This document shows, piece by piece, positions 1 to 5,004 of a stretch of 5,004 nucleotides of DNA. How positions within the stretch are numbered: position 1 is the stretch's first letter; every line of letters starts with the position of its first letter. Under the pieces are notes generated by a model. It was not told the DNA's origin, made no database searches, and saw only the letters and a list, made by a program, of their open reading frames with translations. The position numbers and the translations under genes were made by a program. The stretch covers positions 1 to 5,004 of the forward strand of contig NW_021830228.1 of NCBI RefSeq assembly GCF_006345805.1, read 5' to 3'. Source of the stretch: Octopus sinensis. Taxonomy: Eukaryota.

Positions 1-80
1 GAATAGTGATAAAAGATAACAACAGAGTAACCAATGTGACATTGAGGCAGTGGCGCGTGTATCCGAGGAAAATTAAGTAA

Positions 81-144
81 TATGTGTGTGTGTGTGTGTG
101 TATGTGTGTGTGTGTGTGAATGCAGACACACACACACACACATA
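81..144. repeat. (TG)n followed by (CA)n fold-back microsatellite
   Basis: TA(TG)8 at 101-118 and (CA)8TA at 127-144 form a perfect 18-bp inverted repeat around AATGCAGA. A further TA(TG)9 lies at 81-100. Confidence 0.95.
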
Positions 145-160
145 AATACACAATAAATAC

Positions 161-176
161 AAACAAACAAACAAAC
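161..176. repeat. (AAAC)4 microsatellite
   Basis: aaacaaacaaacaaac. Confidence 0.9.
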
Positions 177-210
177 AATATTTCTAAAAAGATTAATATA
201 AACTCGATCA

Positions 211-458
211 TTACTCTTTTACTCTTTTACTCTTTTACTTGTTTCAGTCATTTGACTGCGGCCATGTTGGAGCACCGTCTTTAGTCGAGCAAATCGACCC
301 CGGACTTTATTCTTTGGTAAGCCCCGTACTTATTCTATCGGTCTCTTTTGCCTTGCACCGCTAAGTTTCGGGACGTAAACACACCAGCATCGGTGACAAG
401 CAATGCTAGGAGACAAACACAGACACAACAAACACCACACACACCCACACACACACAC

Positions 459-499
<41 letters not shown>

Positions 500-666
500 T
501 ATACACTATCTACGACAGGTATCTTTCAGTTTCCGTCTACCAAATCCACTCACCGGCATTGGTCGGCTCGGGCTATAGCAGAAGACACTTGTCCAAGATG
601 CCATGTGGACTGAACCCGGAACCATGTGGTTGGTAGGCAACTACTTACCACACAGCCACTTCTGCA
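211..666 (-). mobile_element. Near full-length tRNA-derived SINE, copy 1 (Octopus-type family)
   Basis: On the minus strand: tRNA-like head with A box TGGCTGTGTGG (648-658) and B box-like GGTTCAGTCCA (606-616), an internal (CA)/(AT) microsatellite (~425-503), and a 3' tail of three TTACTCTT repeats (211-234; AAGAGTAA on minus). It aligns end to end with 2762-3183. The head has a small deletion (gatgccatgtggac versus gatgccacgcagtgggac). No convincing target-site duplication. Confidence 0.95.
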
Positions 667-997
667 TTTTTTTTACAGTCTCTTCACTTTTTTTTTATAT
701 ATTGTTATTATTATCGCTTTTAGCTCCAGCAGAACGTTTACTGAAATCTCTAAATCCTTCAGGTCTATGAAGTCGTTCTTGTCGCGACCATCTTGTCTAT
801 TTCATAAATTCGGGAATACATTATATAAAGTGAAGATTTTTTTTGTTTTTTTTTTTAGGCAGAAATTCCCCCTCATCTATGTCGTATATTGTCTTGTCTG
901 CTGAACGTGTACACTTCTCGTTGTTGTGTTGTTAATCTTCAGAGAAAGCGTGTAACGAATTTCGAATTTCCAGATTGTTCGATAAAACTTTTTGACG

Positions 998-1056
998 TTT
1001 ATCTTTCATTTTTTTTTTTTACTTGTTTCAGTATTTTGGACTGCGGCCAATATTGT
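998..1056 (-). mobile_element. Degraded SINE 3' tail, older relative (part 1 of the split relic)
   Basis: acttgtttcagtattttggactgcggcca (1021-1049) matches acttgtttcagtcatttgactgcggcca at 237-264. It is preceded by tttatctttca and a T run. Confidence 0.85.
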
Positions 1057-1062
1057 GAGTGT

Positions 1063-1099
<37 letters not shown>

Positions 1100-1141
1100 T
1101 GTGTGTGTTTGTGTGTGTGTGTTTGTGAGTGTGTGTGTGTT

Positions 1142-1192
<51 letters not shown>

Positions 1193-1312
1193 GTTTTGTG
1201 AGTGTGTGTACGTGCGTGAGAATGAGGTTATGTGTGTGTGTATCTCTGCATTTACACACGCACACGTACGCACACACATACACACACACACTCACGCACA
1301 CACATGCATACA
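1055..1312. repeat. Long imperfect (TG)n (1055-1240) then (CA)n (1254-1312)
   Basis: Direct reading. It sits between the two parts of the split SINE relic. Confidence 0.95.
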
Positions 1313-1313
1313 G

Positions 1314-1440
1314 AGTCGAACGAATCTTCACAATTACTTATTTCTATGGGTTACCTTACGAACTGCTAACTTACGAGGACGTAAACAAACCAGCTCTGGT
1401 TGTCAAACGGTGGTGCAGGACAAACACAGAGACACAGACG
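1314..1440 (-). mobile_element. Degraded SINE body (part 2 of the split relic)
   Basis: agtcgaacgaatc...acttatttctat...cgaactgctaacttacgaggacgtaaacaaaccagctctggttgtcaaacggtggtgcaggacaaacacaga is collinear with the corresponding segments of copies 1 and 2 (e.g. 2835-2990), with many substitutions and loss of one ACTTATTCT repeat unit. Confidence 0.88.
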
Positions 1441-1448
1441 TATGTATA

Positions 1449-1612
1449 CTCTCTCTCTCTCTATCTCTAGCTCTCTTTCTCTCACACACACACAAGCAGA
1501 TATATACATATTTAAACACATACACAAGCACACACACACACACAAGCACACACACACACAAGCACACACACACACAAACACAGTCATATACACACACAGA
1601 TAAACACACACT
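1449..1612. repeat. Compound (CT)n then (CA)n microsatellite
   Basis: (CT)n at 1449-1482, then imperfect (CA)n with recurring CAAG interruptions to ~1612. It occupies the position of the SINE's internal microsatellite. Confidence 0.93.
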
Positions 1613-1661
1613 TATGTTAAAAGCATGACATAGGGACTATAAATTATGCAATGAATATCAT

Positions 1662-1725
1662 CAGCTTACATCCGTTTCCGCTATAGGTTGTTGTGCACTC
1701 AAGACTGAACCTTATAGGTTGAGGT
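1662..1725 (-). mobile_element. Possible heavily eroded 5' part of the split SINE relic
   Basis: Short collinear matches to the SINE 5' half: cagctt (1662), gtttccg (1674-1680), ctatag (1681-1686), gactgaacc (1703-1711, B-box remnant), ggttg (1717-1721). The alignment needs large deletions. Confidence 0.35.
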
Positions 1726-1937
1726 TGAACACTAAATTATTATAATTACTATGCCTAAACGAAACATTGCCCTGTGATCCTGGACCCCGAATTCTCCGCT
1801 GCCCATCGAAATCCACTACAGATCGCACCTCCATACCCCAAGCTATACTCTGGTAAATCCCTCAACTGGAATAAACGGATCATGACACGCGAGGTTATCT
1901 GGTTCCATCACCATCATCGTTACCCTTGATATTCAGA

Positions 1938-1999
1938 GTTTCATTTATTTCAGTCTTTAGACTGTGGCCATGTTGCAGCACAATATTGAAAAGTCTAAA
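1938..1999 (-). mobile_element. Degraded SINE 3' tail fragment
   Basis: tttcatttatttcagtctttagactgtggccatgttgcagcac matches tttacttgtttcagtcatttgactgcggccatgttggagcac (234-275). It is followed by aatattgaaaagtctaaat (cf. agtcga) and then a (TG)n run. Confidence 0.8.
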
Positions 2000-2077
2000 T
2001 GTGTGTGTGTGAGTGTGTGTGTGTGTGTGTGGTTGTGTGTGTGTATGTGCGTGTGTATGCGTGTGTGTGAGTGTGTG
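2000..2077. repeat. Imperfect (TG)n microsatellite
   Basis: Direct reading. Confidence 0.95.
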
Positions 2078-2207
2078 GTGTTGACAGGTATGCACAGATA
2101 TATAGGCAGAATAGATAGCGGAGGTTCGTTTCCATGGGTTTCGCAAATGAGATTTGAGCCCAGCAAAAGCAAGGTATGGTCTCTGTCCACAAACTGCACA
2201 TAAAAGT

Positions 2208-2288
2208 TATATATATATATATATATATATATATCCTATACACATGCCTATATACATACACTACACACGCACACGCGCACACACACAC
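2208..2288. repeat. (TA)n then imperfect (CA)n microsatellite
   Basis: (TA)n at 2208-2234, followed by a tacaca/cacacg-rich tract to 2288. Confidence 0.9.
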
Positions 2289-2360
2289 GTATTCTACGAG
2301 ATATTTACGTAGATTGTGTCTATATGTATGGACCTGTATGTGTGTACGTCTTACGTACCG

Positions 2361-2424
2361 TATGTATGTATGTATTATGTATTATGTATGTATGTATGGA
2401 TGGATGGATGGATGGATGGATGGA
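2361..2424. repeat. Compound (TATG)n-(TGGA)7 tetranucleotide microsatellite
   Basis: tatg units at 2361-2397 grade into seven tgga units at 2397-2424. Confidence 0.93.
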
Positions 2425-2761
2425 TTGATGGCACAGGGTTATAGTGATAACACTTGTACAAGGCATCCCAGCAGTGGGAATAAAGTTAAGGGCACATCGT
2501 TGAGAAACCAGCTTCTTAGAACGCAGCCACCCCACCGCCTTCACAGTTTGGATAATTTCATTCTTGCGCGACACGTTCCAGCTATGATTTCCATACGTGT
2601 AGATAACAGAATAGAAATTTTCCTTGCTCGATCATTTCACGGTGCGATCACCGTCGTCTATCTTATGAAAGTTTAACTAGTATCCCTTCCCAATTTGTAG
2701 AGTAGTCAATAAACCGGAAAACGGTCCGTCAAAATTCTCACCCTCTTCATATAAATATATA

Positions 2762-3183
2762 TACTCTTTTACTCTCTTTTACTCTTTTACTTGTTTCAGT
2801 CATTTTACTGCGGCCATGCTGAATCACCGCCTTTAGTCGAGCAAATCGACCCCGGGACTTATTCTTTGTAAGCCCAGTACTTATTCTATCGGTCTCTTTT
2901 GCCGAACCGCTAATACACCATGCTGGAGACGTAAATACACCAGCATCGGTTGTCAAGCAATGCTAGGGGGACAAACACAGACACACAAACACATACACAC
3001 ACATATATATACATATATACGACAGGCTTCTTTCAGTTTTCCGTCTACCAAATCCACTCACAAGGCATTGGTCGGCCCAAGGCTATAGCAGAAACACTTG
3101 CCCAAGATGCCACGCAGTGGGACTGAACCCGGAACCATGTGGTTGGTAAGCAAGCTACTTACCACACAGCCACTCCTGCGCCT
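2762..3183 (-). mobile_element. Full-length tRNA-derived SINE, copy 2 (same subfamily as copy 1)
   Basis: Minus strand begins AGGCGCAGGAGTGGCTGTGTGGTAAGTAGCTTGCTTACCAACC. A box at 3162-3172, B box-like GGTTCAGTCCC at 3119-3129, CTTGGGCAAGT (3096-3106) matching the start of the CORE-SINE domain, internal (CA)/(TA) stretch ~2985-3019, and an ACTCTTTT-type tandem tail at 2762-2790. Shares caagcaatgctagg, ggcattggtcggc, ctatagcagaa and caagatgcca with copy 1. Confidence 0.96.
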
Positions 3184-3428
3184 ATACACACATATATATA
3201 TTAAACAGATACGGTAATTGTGCAATCGTCGCTTGATCGATATCAGGAATTCTTCAGTGTACCTGTATATCTTGAAAAAGTTTTGATGTAGATCCAGTGA
3301 CGATCGTGCCATTAACGCAGATAACACTAGGTAACCATACGCAGTAAACGTGCTTTACCGGCATACTACTAGGGTTATACACAACATGTAAATTCAAAAT
3401 TTGAGATTCTAACACACGCACGGAGTAA

Positions 3429-3512
3429 GTTACAGCTTTCGACTGTTGCCTATGCTTCCAACCATACAGTTCTGAAATGGGACTTAAGAGTCATCTTAGA
3501 AGTCATGGAAAG
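3429..3512 (+). pseudogene. Single C2H2 zinc-finger coding remnant, probably the C-terminus of an RTE-type LINE ORF2
   Basis: Translation from 3429 gives VTAFDCCLCFQPYSSEMGLKSHLRSHGK, which fits F-x-C-x2-C-x3-Y-x5-L-x2-H-x3-H exactly (3438-3506). In-frame stops upstream at 3426, 3402 and 3345. No TGEKP linker and no second finger. The frame stays open to TAA at 3639-3641. Confidence 0.75.
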
Positions 3513-3587
3513 ATAGTCAGAAATGCTAGTGAGAATGAAAAAAGAGGCGGGAAATATTTGTCAAAATGTATCAGTCACTGTCAAAAT

Positions 3588-3743
3588 GTATGCATGATTG
3601 TATGTATGTATATTTATTTGTATGTATGTATGCATGTATAAAAAAGGCGGGCTTATATTTGTGCATGCATAACTATGTATATCTCTATATATTTATCCAT
3701 ACATACATAAATAAATAAATAAATAGATAAACATACACACAAA

Positions 3744-3781
<38 letters not shown>

Positions 3782-3850
3782 ACACAACACACACATATAT
3801 GCTTAGATAGATAGTTAGATTGGTAATATAGATACATTGATAGATATGTA
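3588..3850. repeat. Compound microsatellite block (TATG, CATA, AATA, CA, TAGA)
   Basis: (TATG)n 3588-3638, (CATA)3/(AATA)n 3698-3724, (CA)n 3732-3795, TAGA-like units ~3806-3846. Confidence 0.9.
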
Positions 3851-3913
3851 TTTTGCATATTCTGTATATTGATAAATGTGTGTAATATTATATATAATAT
3901 AATATTATATATA

Positions 3914-3989
3914 AGAGAGAGGAGAGAGAGGGAGAAATGTGTGTGGGTGCATGCACACAACATATTTAGACATATATATAGATCTATAA

Positions 3990-4028
<39 letters not shown>

Positions 4029-4051
4029 CATATATATATAATATCTATATC

Positions 4052-4082
<31 letters not shown>

Positions 4083-4135
4083 CTATCCATATATATATAT
4101 ATATATATATATTTATAAACATATGAGTGTGTGTC
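3914..4135. repeat. Compound microsatellite block (GA, CA, TA, ATCT, AT)
   Basis: (GA)n 3914-3935, (CA)8 3991-4006, (TA)n 4007-4041, (ATCT)n 4042-4086, (AT)n 4089-4111. Confidence 0.92.
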
Positions 4136-4874
4136 TATATCATTGCATATAATTATGTTCGCTGATTGCCTTTGTTTATTCCGTCTGAGACAATCTGGAT
4201 TTAGTGTTGCGATTTAATACTTCTTGTGTCTGTACAAAGATTATATATCTCATAAAACTACACAATCTTCCCTATCATGTATTCGAATCAGATGTTTAAC
4301 TGTGGCAATCATTACTTTATATCTCATCTACATGAATTAGCTCGAATTTAACATGAAAAAAAAACAAAACAAATCACATTATAATTGTCAAATATGGCGT
4401 CCAACGAAACAAAAAAAAAATTTTTTTTTCTTTCTTGTAATTTTAATATATAAAGATTCCGGATTGCTCAGGCGCCGCCAATATTTTTTGTTTGGAAAGT
4501 TTGAAACAATTGTATACAAATGTTCTTTTGCTATATTTCTTCAATCGAATTGGTTTTTTTTTTTTTTTTTTTGTGCTTCATCATCATTGACACAATTGAT
4601 TCCCACCTCATTCGGCACCTCATACCTTTTTTTTTTTTTTTCAAATAGACCATTATATCATGGTTAAGCTCCGATGATAAAGATATAAACGGACTAGAGT
4701 TATTTTGTAATCTTCAACCAGTTAATGCCGGGGATAAATAGCAGTGGAGCTTATAACTTAAACTCCTCACGTACGCAAACATAGTTATTCATTGTTTTTT
4801 TGGGGTTTTTTTAAAGTTTTTTTCTTTGCTTATTTTCGTTTTGTTCAACCTATTTCCTCCGTCTCTCCGAATGT

Positions 4875-4923
4875 CACGTTGATGACAGCGTCTGGATAGA
4901 CACGTTGTTTTGGCAGTCACGTG
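4875..4923. promoter_or_regulatory. Candidate E-box/E'-box cluster
   Basis: CACGTT at 4875-4880, CACGTT at 4901-4906, CACGTG (within GTCACGTGG) at 4918-4923. Motif match only. Confidence 0.25.
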
Positions 4924-5004
4924 GTTTTCTTTTTATGCTGTGTTTGGGAAAAGGGTCCCTTTTATGATGCTTAGGTAGTAAATCTATCTTTTAGTTCTCA
5001 TATA

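Noticed and set aside
32-44. CAATGT-G-ACATTG palindrome (SOX/DMRT-like look)
   Set aside because: A 6-bp arm palindrome is expected by chance in 5 kb of AT-rich DNA, and there is no supporting context.
859-1010. Putative + exon after the T-rich acceptor tttttag at 858 (AEIPPHLCRILSCLLNVY...)
   Set aside because: No convincing donor, no recognisable domain, and the frame runs into the SINE tail and microsatellite.
1759-1929. 56-codon + open frame (…PVILDPEFSAAHRNPLQ…WFHHHHRYP)
   Set aside because: No upstream start or good acceptor, no recognisable domain, and the length is compatible with chance.
2088-2179. Strong donor-like sites CAG|GTATGC (2088) and AAG|GTATGG (2174)
   Set aside because: No polypyrimidine acceptor upstream to define an exon, and such motifs are common in introns.
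2572-2594. Minus-strand MEII(S)WNV resembling the N-terminal motif of APE-type LINE endonucleases
   Set aside because: It needs a 1-nt frameshift, and the expected downstream LQE-type motif is absent.
3119-3183. tRNA gene
   Set aside because: The tRNA-like fold is the SINE head. It continues into the SINE body and lacks a canonical cloverleaf with an anticodon arm.
211-3183. CRISPR-like or prokaryotic repeat-spacer system
   Set aside because: Repeats are SINE copies and microsatellites, with no regular repeat-spacer periodicity and no prokaryotic gene structure.
2748-3200. Target-site duplication around SINE copy 2 (atataaatatat versus acacacatatat) and around copy 1
   Set aside because: The copy 2 match is low-complexity and imperfect. 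Copy 1 flanks share nothing.
348-4126. Most ORFs in the supplied track (VCVC, HTHT, YIYI-rich peptides and SINE-spanning frames)
   Set aside because: They are translations of dinucleotide or tetranucleotide repeats, which lack stops in several frames, or of SINE sequence. They have no protein-like composition.
4353-4667. 104-aa + ORF (MKKKQNK...FFFF)
   Set aside because: It is driven by poly-A and poly-T tracts giving Lys/Phe runs, with no coding signature.
4949-4963. AAAAGGG-T-CCCTTTT inverted repeat
   Set aside because: It is short and low-complexity, with no associated element ends or other copies in the window.

Overview
AT-rich, microsatellite-saturated animal non-coding DNA, intronic or intergenic. 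The SINE family present resembles the abundant tRNA-derived SINEs of Octopus (taxon inferred from memory of that repeat, not verified). No intact protein-coding gene is supported: the listed ORFs are mostly translations of (CA)n/(TG)n/(AT)n runs or SINE sequence. The window holds two near-complete copies of one tRNA-headed SINE on the minus strand (211-666, 2762-3183) and two older, degraded relatives, also on the minus strand. One relic is split and inflated by microsatellites (998-1440, possibly to ~1725); the other is a tail only (1938-1999). The most notable hidden feature, missed by the ORF track, is an exact C2H2 zinc-finger motif on the + strand at 3438-3506 (FDCCLCFQPYSSEMGLKSHLRSH). 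It is most likely the C-terminal finger of a decayed RTE-type LINE ORF2, though an exon of a host zinc-finger gene is not excluded. Other points are a locally templated insertion in SINE copy 2, recurrent fold-back (TG)n-TGCA-(CA)n microsatellites, and a small E-box cluster near the end. I do not see evidence for a new multi-gene system.
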